64,000 bases of DNA from assembly GCA_963757475.1 (NCBI GenBank), contig CAVWRW010000002.1:340211-404210 (forward strand). Reading direction: 5' to 3'. The position numbers and the translations under genes are program-made. Under the pieces are notes generated by a model. It did no database searches. It was given only the letters and a program-made list of their open reading frames with translations, and was not told where the DNA came from. This DNA is from Candidatus Dormiibacterota bacterium (GTDB taxonomy: Bacteria; Chloroflexota; Dormibacteria; Aeolococcales; Aeolococcaceae). Of this stretch, positions 24,527 through 33,438 are shown piece by piece; positions within the stretch are counted from its first letter, which is position 1; each line of letters opens with the position of its first letter.

Positions 24527-25813
24527 TTACGGCGTCGGTGAGGACGGCGCGAAGGGAACCGGCTCGATCTGATCGACAGCATGCGGACCGCTCAGCCAAC
24601 CGTCGGCGGGACCCAGCGGAAGGCTGCAGGCGCCGCCGGTCGCCGCGATCGCAAACGACCGGTTGCGTGTGCACGCTGAGGCCGTCGCTCCAGCTCACGG
24701 TGATCGCGATCCGGAAGGTCTCGCTCGCGGTGATGGTCACGGCGCCGGCCACCGTCGCGTATGCGTGGCTCACCGCGCACGGATTGGTCCACGTCTGCGT
24801 TGACGGGTCGTACGTCGGCAGGCTCGCCGGAGCCGTGCTCGACAGGCCCCGCGGCGGTGGTGGTCGTGCCGTCGCCCCAGCTCCACGTCACCGGTCCTGG
24901 GGTGACGGTCACGTCGTACAGCAGGAACAGCGTGTACCCGCCGACGAGCGCGGCGCTGAGCGCGTGCAACGCTGTCGGTTGCGCTGGAACATCGGAGTCC
25001 GTCCACGCGCACGTCGGAATGTGCACGAACGTGCGCGACGTCATCCCCGGTCCGGGCAGCGTGGCGACGGTTCCGATCGTCCAGGCCTCGGTCAGCGCGG
25101 CGGTCAGCGACGCACCGGTCGGGAAACGGCGGCGTGGTCAGCATGCCCGGTGGCGGGAGCCGGTGGCGGCGCATCACCCGCGAGGTATGGGGCGCTGAAC
25201 GCGAAGCTCGCGCCGACGCAACTCCCGCCGTACGGTGCCACCGGCTGCGCGTCCTGCCAGGTGCCCGCGTGTGCGCAGGAATGCGGTCACGGCGATGACA
25301 TGTCCGGTCACATTGGCGGCGGTCGCGAGGCTCCCCGGCGCTGTCGCAGTGGGGTCGCCGCCTGCGGGGATCGCGTTCTGCAATGCGTACGCGAAACGCG
25401 CGTCGCGATCCGTCGTAGCCGCCGCTGCTGTTGCTCGTGAACGCTGGGTGAATCGCGATCACGGCGACCACGCCACCGCCCGGCGCCGGGGAACCGGGTC
25501 CGACATGGAAGAGGCTCGTCGTGGGGCAGGACAACCCCTGCGGGTTCGGTCCCTGCGGCGGGATCCCGAGCGGGTTGCGCGGGTCAGAGCCTCCGGGAAT
25601 GTCCGTCGGCGTGATCGGGAGATACGTGCCGCCGGCTCCGGCGACGAGCTTGCCGTGCGTCAACGCAGCCGTGCCGGCGCCCGATGGCGCCGGGCCCGGA
25701 GCAGCGGAGCCGCCACCTCCTCCCGCCGCTCTCGCCGTCACCAGCGGCAGCAGGCCCGTCAACGCGACAGTCAGGCACCACCAGCGCAGCCTGCGCGTCA
25801 CCGACCGCACCAT
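24527..25813 (-). pseudogene. Secreted protein with C-terminal PKD/Ig-like segment, several frameshifts as sequenced
   Basis: The N-terminus MVRSVTRRLRWWCLTVALTGLLPLVTARA looks like a signal peptide, with a Gly/Pro-rich linker after it. Later segments lie in other frames and include a PKD-like WxxGDG motif (VTWSWGDGTTT) and beta-rich TFRIAITVSWSDG. The start overlaps the upstream lipoprotein stop by 16 nt (start at 25813, stop at 25798). The 3' end is uncertain (24527 or 24592). Confidence 0.5.
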
Positions 25814-26586
25814 GCAGGCGGTGGTCCCATCGGATCCTGGCAGTTGCCGCCCGCGTCCGCGAACCAGAGATCACCGAGGACCGGGTCGCTGCGGAGCGTG
25901 CCCGGCGTGAACACGGTGGTGTTCTCCGTGAAGTCGACGATCGATCGAGGTCTGACCGTCCGCGCTCGTGAGCACCTCGCTGCACGGCCCCCGGTAGACG
26001 ACCACGAACACGTACGTGTCGTCGGTCGGGAGGTGCTTGCGCGCGAAGTACGCTCGGCCCGCATCGCCGACAGCGAACAGCGTCGAGCTGATGGGATAGA
26101 GATTGCAGTCGGGTTGATCGACGGTTCCGCCGTTCTGGAGTGCCTCGACCTCGGCCACGGGGATGAGCGCCGGACCCACAAGGTTGCGCAACACGAAGAG
26201 TTGGTCGTTGGCCTGAGCCCACTTCCACCAACCGCTGTCCCAATTGCTGGCGTCGGCCCAGTGCTGCGCAGTCGCGTCGGAGACGGCGCCGCCCGTCATG
26301 TTGACCACGGTCGGCGCGTTGGGGACGCGTTCGATCTTGAGCTCGTTCGACGGCGGGACCTGCTGTCACTCCGTACGGCGCCCAGAGCGCCTGGCACGCC
26401 GAGTCCGACGTCGTCGATGCTCGTGGTCATCGTCACGTCCGAGCAGGGACCATCTGCTGGCGTTGACGGATCGGGCTGACTGCCGGCGTCGAGTCCGACG
26501 GCCCGCGACACGTGCGCGCGTGCCGGCGCCGACGCACCGCAACCGGATGCCACCAGCACCCAGGCGCATGCAAATGCACGGCGCAA
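25798..26586 (-). pseudogene. Putative lipoprotein of unknown function, 2-3 frameshifts as sequenced
   Basis: A TTG start is preceded by AAGGA. The signal and lipobox are MRRAFACAWVLVASGC. The rest is protein-like sequence split over frames (..NWDSGWWKWAQANDQLFVLRNLVGPALIP..; ..IVDFTENTTVFTPGTLRSDPVLGDLWFADAGGNCQDP..). Confidence 0.55.
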
Positions 26587-26726
26587 CGATCCTTCTCACC
26601 ACCTCACCCCCAAACTCTCGGCGCGGGGGACGGACATTCCACGCCCGATGCGGGCTCAGCCGTCAGATCCCCCGACGCAAGCCAGCATGGCAGTTCGGGG
26701 GGTCGATCGTTTGAGCCTCCCTGGTC

Positions 26727-27098
26727 ATGGTTTCGTCAGGGTCTGCGGGCTACTCTGGTGGGGTGGCAGGTCCCGGCGACCTCGATTCAGCGCGCCTCCG
26801 CCGCGATCTCAGCCTGGCGCTGCGACGACGTTTGACGGTCTATGCGGCGGTGGGCGCGACGGCACTGACCGTGGTCTTCAGCCTCATCGCGGCGACGACC
26901 GCTCCGGGGAAGCCAAAGCCGGCTGCCGATCCCATCGCACAGCCTGACCCCACCCCCACAAGCGCACCGACCTTCGCGCCGCCTGGGGCACTTCCGACGT
27001 TCGCGCCCGTCGTGACCCAGCCACCGCTGGCTCTGCCGACTCAGGCGCCGCGTCCGGTCCAGCACACACCGGCGCCGATCGTTTCGGGCGGCTCCTAG
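26727..27098 (+). CDS. Hypothetical membrane-anchored Pro/Thr/Ala-rich protein
   Basis: It has one predicted TM helix (LTVYAAVGATALTVVFSLIAATT) followed by a Pro-rich tail. No family was recognised; the call rests on ORF context only. Confidence 0.4.
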   Translation: MVSSGSAGYSGGVAGPGDLDSARLRRDLSLALRRRLTVYAAVGATALTVVFSLIAATTAPGKPKPAADPIAQPDPTPTSAPTFAPPGALPTFAPVVTQPPLALPTQAPRPVQHTPAPIVSGGS

Positions 27099-27112
27099 CG
27101 GGCGAGCGTCGG

Positions 27113-27451
27113 TCAGCGCAGCAGTTCGATCGCGGACCGGGCGGCCGGCGACATCGCCGGGTCGAGCTGATAGAACGCCCAGATCCCGCGCTTGAAGCTG
27201 GTGACGATGCCGGCCTCGCGCAGCTTGGCGAGATGGTGGCTGATGGTCGGCTGGCCGAGGTCGAAGGCGGCGGTGAAATCGCAGACACAGACCGGCTCCG
27301 TCGCGACGGCCAGGATGTGCAGCATCTGGACGCGCGTCGGATCGCCGAGTGCTTTGTAGACCGCGGCGAGATCGTCTGCTCGCGCATCGGGAAGCGGATC
27401 CGCCACCTGCTGGCTGCAGCCCTTGACACGATCAACCACCGGAAGCGGCAA
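27113..27451 (-). CDS. arsR: ArsR/SmtB family metalloregulator
   Basis: ALGDPTRVQMLHIL, a metal-site CVCD, and the HTH QPTISHHLAKLREAGIV. It is divergent from the cadI-like operon. Confidence 0.9.
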   Translation of the reverse strand: MPLPVVDRVKGCSQQVADPLPDARADDLAAVYKALGDPTRVQMLHILAVATEPVCVCDFTAAFDLGQPTISHHLAKLREAGIVTSFKRGIWAFYQLDPAMSPAARSAIELLR

Positions 27452-27496
27452 CAGCAGGGCCGGCTTGGTCTGATGGGCACGGCTTCATTCTACCCA

Positions 27497-27559
27497 TTGA
27501 CAGACATCGATGGAACGGTCTATGCTCGTGGCGATCAATCGACGTTCATCGATAGGAGG
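27497..27559 (+). promoter_or_regulatory. Candidate promoter, operator and RBS of the cadI-MIP-arsC operon
   Basis: TTGACA (27497-27502), 18 nt, then TATGCT (27521-27526). A perfect palindrome CATCGATG (27505-27512) lies between the hexamers. An imperfect palindrome ATCAATCGACGTTCATCGAT (27534-27553) lies downstream. AGGAGG (27554-27559) sits 6 nt before ATG 27566. Confidence 0.45.
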
Positions 27560-27565
27560 CTGACC

Positions 27566-28067
27566 ATGGACTGCGACTGCAACTGTGGATGTGACGGAAC
27601 CTGCGACTGCGGCTGCGCTGCTGATATGGGTCGCGTCCAACTCGCGCTCAACGTGTCAGACCTCGACGATGCGATCGGTTTCTACACAAAGCTGTTCGGC
27701 ACCGAGCCCGCCAAGCGCCGCCCCGGGTACGCGAACTTCGCCGTCGCGGATCCACCGCTGAAGCTCGTGCTCTTCGAGAACCCGGGCCACGCCGGCACGC
27801 TCAATCATCTCGGGGTCGAGGTGGGGTCAACCGACGAGGTCGTGGCCGCAACGCGACGCCTGGCATCCGAAGGCCTCGCCACTGAGGTCGAGGACGGCGT
27901 GACGTGTTGCCACGCCCTCCAGGACAAGGTCTGGGTCGCCGGTGCCGACACCCGGTGGGAAATCTACACAGTGCTCGCGGATGCGCCATTGGAGGCGGCT
28001 TCAGCAACCAGCACTGCCCTGCTGCGCGACGCAAACCGAGTCCGCATCCGCTTGCTGCGCCAGCTGA
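27566..28067 (+). CDS. cadI: CadI/ArsI-family VOC (glyoxalase-fold) metal(loid)-resistance protein with Cys-rich N-terminal extension; C-terminus requires one frame correction
   Basis: MDCDCNCGCDGTCDCGCAAD precedes MGRVQLALNVSDLDDAIGFYTKLFGTEPAKRRPGYANFAVADPPLKLVLFENPG..TLNHLGVEV and the vicinal Cys pair VTCCHALQDKVWV. As sequenced, the frame runs on into the MIP gene. Shifting +1 near 27990-28010 gives a CadI-like Cys-rich tail (PALPCCATQTESASACCAS) with a stop at 28065-28067. Confidence 0.75.
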
Positions 28068-28789
28068 CCGTTCACCCGCTCGCTCGCAAGGCCGCTGCCG
28101 AGTTCGTCGGCACGGCCTTGTTGCTGATCGCAGTCGTCGGGTCAGGAATCGCGGCGCAACGCACTGAGCCCTGGGAACATCGGGCTGGAGCTGCTCGAGA
28201 ATGCGCTCGCGACCGGAGCGGCTTTGGCCGCCATCATCATTGCCGTCGGTTCGGTCTCGGGAGCGCATTTGAATCCCGTGGTGTCGTTGTTGACGCCGCG
28301 CTCGGCGGCCTGAGCCGCCGCGAGCTGGCCGTATACGTCGCGGCTCAAGTCGGCGGAGCAGCATTGGGTGTGGTCCTCGCCAACCTCATGTTCTCATTGC
28401 CCGGGGTAACGCTCTCGACGCACGTCCGATCGTCTCCGGGTCTGTGGCTGGGCGAGGTCATCGCAACGTTTGGTCTCCTGCTCGTGATCTTTGGCGCAGT
28501 CCGGAGTGGAAGGTCCGGGACGGCGCCGTTCGCGATCGGTGCTTACATCGCCGGAGCGTATTTCTTCACGTCGTCAACGAGTTTCGCGAACCCTGCGGTC
28601 ACAGTCGCACGCGAGCTCACGAACACATTCGCCGGCATCGGGCCTGCATCCGTGCTTCCGTTTGTGGCAGCGGAGCTGCTCGGCTGCGGGCTCGCGTGGT
28701 TGATCATCGTCGCCCTGTATCCGCACGCGCGCCAGGACGCAGATGCCGTCGTCGTTCGGCACGATCCCGCGTCCATTGGTACGCCATGA
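28052..28789 (+). pseudogene. MIP-family channel (aquaglyceroporin / arsenite channel-like), compensating frameshift pair as sequenced
   Basis: AEFVGTALLLIAVVGSGIAAQ at the N-terminus, and a second NPA in TSSTSFANPAVTVAREL. The first NPA (SGAHLNPVVSL) is readable only in another frame between ~28163 and ~28288. The candidate start is TTG 28052. The stop overlaps the arsC ATG (ATGA). Confidence 0.75.
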
Positions 28790-29214
28790 GCGAAACGCCG
28801 GCGCGCCTTGTGCCCGAAGTCCTCTTCGTCTGCGTGCACAACGCGGGCCGCTCGCAGATGGCGGCCGCGCTCCTCGATCGTCGCGCCGGTGGGGCGGTGC
28901 ATGTCCGCTCCGCAGGGTCGGATCCTTCGGATCACCTGAACCCTGCCGTCGTCGAAGCGATGCGTGAGCTTGGGATCGATATCAGCCAGGAATTTCCAAA
29001 GCGTCTCACCGATAAGTCAGTCAAAGCCGCCGATGTCGTCATCACGATGGGTTGTGGCGACGCCTGTCCCTTCTACCCCGGAAAACGCTACCTTGACTGG
29101 GATCTTGAGGATCCCGCAGGCAAATCGCTTGCGACGGTTCGAGGGATCCGCGACGAGATCGACGAGCGAGTGCAGGCACTGTTGCGAGAGTTGGTGCCGG
29201 CTCCGTCGGACTAA
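28786..29214 (+). CDS. arsC: Arsenate reductase, low-molecular-weight phosphatase type
   Basis: P-loop VLFVCVHNAGRSQMAAAL, plus ..ITMGCGDACP.. and DWDLEDPAG, typical of LMW-PTP-fold ArsC. Confidence 0.9.
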   Translation: MSETPARLVPEVLFVCVHNAGRSQMAAALLDRRAGGAVHVRSAGSDPSDHLNPAVVEAMRELGIDISQEFPKRLTDKSVKAADVVITMGCGDACPFYPGKRYLDWDLEDPAGKSLATVRGIRDEIDERVQALLRELVPAPSD

Positions 29215-29595
29215 GCGGGGCGGCCCTTAGCAGCTACTCGCGCATCTCCAAGGGTGCGAAAGTCATCGATGCGTGCGATGCGACCGTCCCGCAATGTGAA
29301 GAGCATGAAGATCTCCCCGTCCAGGAACGGGATCTCGCGAAATCGCGGGCCGGCGATGTTGACGATCACCTTGTCGCCCGGCTGCGAGAAACTCGAGACG
29401 CTCGATGCCCCGGTCGTCCTCATCGAAGCTGGCACTCACGCGCTCGACGACGGCGACACGACCGTTGCACAAGAGCTCTGGCAGAACTCCCTGATGCACG
29501 ACGTCCGGGTCGAGGCCGTCGGTGAGCGCCGCAATGTCGCGTCGCCGGCGCGCGTAGAAGTGGTCGAACACGATCTCGAGAGCCGCATCGCTCAT
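29211..29595 (-). pseudogene. SnoaL/NTF2-like fold protein, one frameshift as sequenced
   Basis: MSDAALEIVFDHFYARRRRDIAALTDGLDPDVVHQG.. continues after ~29385 in another frame (..SQPGDKVIVNIAGPRFREIPFLDGEIFMLFTLRDGRIARIDDF). The family call is by pattern only. Confidence 0.55.
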
Positions 29596-29605
29596 CGGAT
29601 CTCCT

Positions 29606-30531
29606 TCATGCCGTCAGTAGCTCGCCAAGGAGTGATGGACCGAGATTACCGCCGCTGAGGACTGCGACGGTATGCGACCGCTCGGCCTCCTGCTGCATCG
29701 CGGTGAATGCCAGGGCACCGGCAGCCTCAGCGACGACTTTCGCGCTTGTCGCAAGCCGCGCGATGGCGGCGCGCATGTCCCCCTCGGGGACGACCACCCA
29801 CTCGTGAACCAGCGCACGCAAGCGTTCGAACATCACGTCCGTGACCGGCGCCGTCGTGCCGTCGGCAATCGTGTCGGGAACAATCGCAACCGCGCCGCCC
29901 GCCGCGAACGCCTCGCGCCACGAGGGATAGCCGTCGGACTGCACGCCCACCACCTGCACGTCGGGCTTGAGCGCAGCGAACCCGAGCGCAACGCCGCAGA
30001 TCAGCCCCCCGCCGCCCACAGGCACGAGCACGCGTTCCACATCCGGACAGTCGTCGAGGATCTCAGAAACGATCGATGAGTGACCGCGGATGACATCGGC
30101 ATCGGCAAACGGGTGCACGAACACCTCCGGCTGGCCTTCCCAGCCTCGCGTGCGAGCCACTCGACCACGCCGTCGCGCGGCAGGAGCACCGGCTCCGCGC
30201 CGAGGGCGCGCACGCCGTCGATCTTGGGAGCGGGTGCGTTCTCGTACATGACGACACGACACGGGACGTGGAATGCATGGGCGACATACGCGCATGCGAG
30301 CGCCGCATTGCCGGCGCTCACCGACAGCAGGCCGCGAGCGATGCGCTCCGGGTCGATCGCGTTGGCGGCATTGAAGAATCCGCGCACCTTGAAGCTGCCG
30401 GTCGGTTGCATCAACTCGAGCTTGAGAAAACCACCGCCGGGCGCCTCAATCAGCGGTGTCCGTCGAATGTGTGGCGCAAGCTGCCGCGCGATCTCGCGCA
30501 CGTCATCGGCGGTGAGTGCGAGCGACGTCAC
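29606..30531 (-). pseudogene. PLP-dependent threonine/serine dehydratase-family enzyme, one frameshift as sequenced
   Basis: The PLP-Lys motif is LELMQPTGSFKVRGFFNA. The second half lies in another frame (VFVHPFADADVIRGHSSIVSEIL..VLVPVGGGGLICGV..). The frame changes near 30140. The GTG start overlaps the upstream stop (GTGA). Confidence 0.8.
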
Positions 30532-31466
30532 AACTCGAGCTCCGTGCCGACATGTGCGCCGACTGCCGCGTCGTAGACCATGCGCGCGGTCACTGCGTCC
30601 TCGAAGCCGCTGCCGGTCGACTTGTAGACGGTGATCTCGGCGTCATCCTGACGACCCGGCTTAGTCCGGCGAGCACCTCGCCGAGCTCGGTGATGGAAGC
30701 GGGATCACGCCCTTGCAACTCATGCGCGCCGGCGGGGGGCGCGCTCTCCGCCGCGCCCTTCCACTCGACGAAAACGCTGCTGCGACGCACCGTCTCGGCA
30801 TCCAGCTCTGGCCCGAACGTTCCGCCGACTGATGTCACGTGCGTTCCCGGTGAGAACCACTCGTGACGCGTGATCGGCTCTCGCGCATCGGTGCAGCAGC
30901 AGACGACATCTGCACCACGCACCGCGTCCTCGAAACTCTCCACGACGACGCAACGCGGGTCGAGCGCAGCGAGGATGTGCGCCTTGTCGATGTCGCGCGA
31001 CGCGATCCGGATCTCGGTGAAATCGCGCGTCAGCGGAACGGTGGCCATATGCGAGTGGCCCTGCACGCCGGCGCCGAGGATCGCGAGTGTGCGCGCGCCG
31101 GTTCGAGCGAGCAGCCGCACCGACACCGCCGCACCGCCGCCGGTTCGCATCGCCGTGATGTGCTCGGCATCCATCACCGCGAGCAGGCCGCCATCGCGCT
31201 CGTCGAACAGCGTGATGACACCCTGGTGCGAGGGGAGGCCGAGCGCGCCGTTCCCGGGGAACACGCTCACCGCCTTCGAGCGCGAGCCCGCCACCGGCGA
31301 CCCACGCGGGCATCGCTCCGAGCAAGCCGGACGGGGTTCGCGCTGCCGTCCTCGGGGGCACCGATGCGCCGCCTGTCGAATACGCACGGAAGCCGGCCTC
31401 GAGGGCGTCGAGCATGTCGGAGGGCGCGAGCAGGCCCTCGACGTCAGCCCTGGTGAGGTACAGCAC
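30528..31466 (-). pseudogene. Ornithine cyclodeaminase / mu-crystallin family NAD-dependent enzyme, 2 frameshifts as sequenced
   Basis: VLYLTRADVEGLL..; KAVSVFPGNGALGLPSHQGVITLFD..ITAMRTGGGAAVSVRLLA..LAILGAGVQG; tail KPGRQDDAEITVYKSTGSGFEDAVTA. An extra base lies near 31277, and a second frame change lies near 30665. Confidence 0.8.
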
Positions 31467-31496
31467 CGCCGCCCTCCGCTCTCATGACCGGGGATC

Positions 31497-32217
31497 TTGG
31501 CACGGTTAGGCACAATGGAGCCGATGAGTGCAGTCGATACCGGGCGCGAGCTTGACGGCGTGATCTTCGATCTCGGCGGGGTGATGACGGAGCCCCTCTT
31601 CCGGCATCGCACCGATGTACCCCCGGAATACTTCGCGCTGGTCGCGTTCTTCCTCAACGACTTCCGTGATCACTATCACCTCACGACCGGCGCGCACGAT
31701 CTGCACCTCCTCGAGACCGGCAAGATCGGTGACGACGAGTTCTTCGATCGGATGTGCGTCCGATATGCCGAGGCGGGAAACGAACCCGTTGATCCTCGCG
31801 CAGCCCAGAAGGTCATCTTCGGCCGCGGCATGGTGGCCTGTGGGGCGATGGCGGATGCGGTGCGCCAGATCCGCGACGCGGGCTACCGGACGGCGCTCCT
31901 CACGAACATCTCTCGTGAAGGCGAGGCGATCTTTCGCAATCTCTTCCCCGTCGACGAGCTCTTCGATGTCGTCATCGAACTCGTCGAAGGTCGGCCTGCG
32001 CAAGCCCGATCCAGCGATCTACCGGCTCACCTGTGAGCGTCTCGGTGTCGCTCCGGAGCGCTGCCTGTTCATCGACGATCTGCTCTGCAACGTCGAGGCG
32101 GCCAGCGCGCTCGGGATGCAGACAATCCAGTGCTTCGAGCCGGTCGAGGCCGCAGACGAGGTGGTGCGCCGCGTGCTGGGGCATCCCGCAACCGCCGAGG
32201 CCGAGGCAGGCGCGTGA
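31497..32217 (+). pseudogene. HAD-superfamily hydrolase (subfamily IA-like), one frameshift as sequenced
   Basis: Motif I is VIFDLGGVM. After an extra base at ~31980, the frame continues SSKVGLRKPDPAIYRL..CLFIDDLLCNVEAA (motifs III/IV). The start could also be ATG 31515 or 31524. Confidence 0.75.
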
Positions 32218-33000
32218 CCAACGACCGCGCTTCGCGGTCCATTTCCGGCGGCGAGGGGCGTCTGGAGATCGCGGGCATCAGCGATATCGGACCTGTTCGC
32301 ACGCAGAACCAGGACGTCTGGGCGGCAAAGGCGAGCCCTGACGGCGACAGCGCCGTCCTCGCTCTCGCCGACGGCATGGGAGGCCACAAGGGCGGACTCG
32401 AGTCCGCCGACGCGGCGATCACCGGTGCGATGTCGGTGCTCACGGGTGTCGCACAAGATGCCGATCCGCGTGAGACTCTCCGCCGAGCGGTTGCCGCTGC
32501 CAGCGAAGCGGTGGCCGGCGCCCGCGAGCTGATCGGCGGCAACCCGGGGACGACGCTCGTGCTCGCCGTCGTCCGCGGCGGACACGCCACGGTCGCCAAC
32601 ATCGGCGACAGCCGCGGCTACCTGATTCACGGCGGTGTCGTGACGCAGATCACCGAGGACCACTCATGGGCGGCGGCGCAGGTTCGGGCGGGCGCGATGA
32701 GCGCCGAGGATGCGCGCCATCACCAGAAACGCAATCTCATCGAGCGAGCTGTGATGGGGGACCCGGTCGAAGCGGACCTCTTCGAGGTCGACGCAGTCTC
32801 CGGCGATGTGTTGCTCCTCTGCTCCGACGGGCTTTGGGAACCGCTGGCCGAACTCTGCGCTCGGCGCGCTGCTGTCCTCGCAGGACTCGCTCGGGGTGGC
32901 GCTGACGCGCGCGTGCGACGCTGCGCTGGCGGGGGGAGGCACCGACAACGTGACGATGGTCGCGCTTCGCTGGTTGCCCGTGCCATCGGTTAACGTCTGA
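32214..33000 (+). pseudogene. PP2C-family Ser/Thr protein phosphatase, one frameshift as sequenced
   Basis: ISDIGPVRTQNQD, LALADGMGGHKGG, NIGDSRGYL and LLCSDGLWE. The tail ..GGGTDNVTMVAL is in another frame after ~32845. The GTG start overlaps the HAD stop (GTGA). Confidence 0.8.
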
Positions 33001-33005
33001 CCTCG

Positions 33006-33425
33006 ATGGCACGTCTCTACGCCCAGTTCGGCGCCGTGGTGTTTCTCGTCTTCGGGGTCGGCGGACTGCTGACCGGCGATGCGGGGACGCTCGTCCACCA
33101 CCTGCCTCAGGGCAATGTGGGTCCCGTCGCTCTCCATCTCACATACACGCGCGACATCCTCAACCTGGTGATCGCCGGGGTCCTCGGATACGCCGGGTTC
33201 TGGGCCGCTGATTCGATCAGCGGCGAGATCGTGCTCACCGTCGGTGTGGTGCTGCTCCTGCTCGCGCTGATCGGCTTCGCGAACCCGGACACACCTGAGA
33301 CGGCCCGGAACATCGCCAGCTTGCACTTCACGCAGCCGATCAACATCTTCGACGCGATCAGCGGCGCGCTCGGCGTGCTCTGCGGGCTCGGTGGCGTGAT
33401 CGTCCCAGAGCCTGCGACGACCTGA
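33006..33425 (+). CDS. Small integral membrane protein (about 4 TM helices), family uncertain
   Basis: The profile is hydrophobic (FGAVVFLVFGVGGLL; LNLVIAGVLGYAGFW; IVLTVGVVLLLLALIGF; AISGALGVLCGLGGVIV). I recognised no diagnostic motif. Confidence 0.55.
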   Translation: MARLYAQFGAVVFLVFGVGGLLTGDAGTLVHHLPQGNVGPVALHLTYTRDILNLVIAGVLGYAGFWAADSISGEIVLTVGVVLLLLALIGFANPDTPETARNIASLHFTQPINIFDAISGALGVLCGLGGVIVPEPATT

Positions 33426-33438
33426 TCCGCCGTCGACG

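Noticed and set aside
27566-27625. The Cys-rich MDCDCNCGCDGTCDCGCAAD stretch as a separate small ORF (metallothionein or RiPP precursor).
   Set aside because: No stop codon separates it from the cadI-like core. It is in frame and contiguous with it, so it is treated as an N-terminal extension or an alternative-start issue.
27233-28789. A 518-aa ORF suggesting one giant fusion protein.
   Set aside because: The first ~111 codons are antisense to arsR. The real start is the RBS-preceded ATG at 27566. The remainder merges the cadI-like and MIP genes through probable frameshift artefacts.
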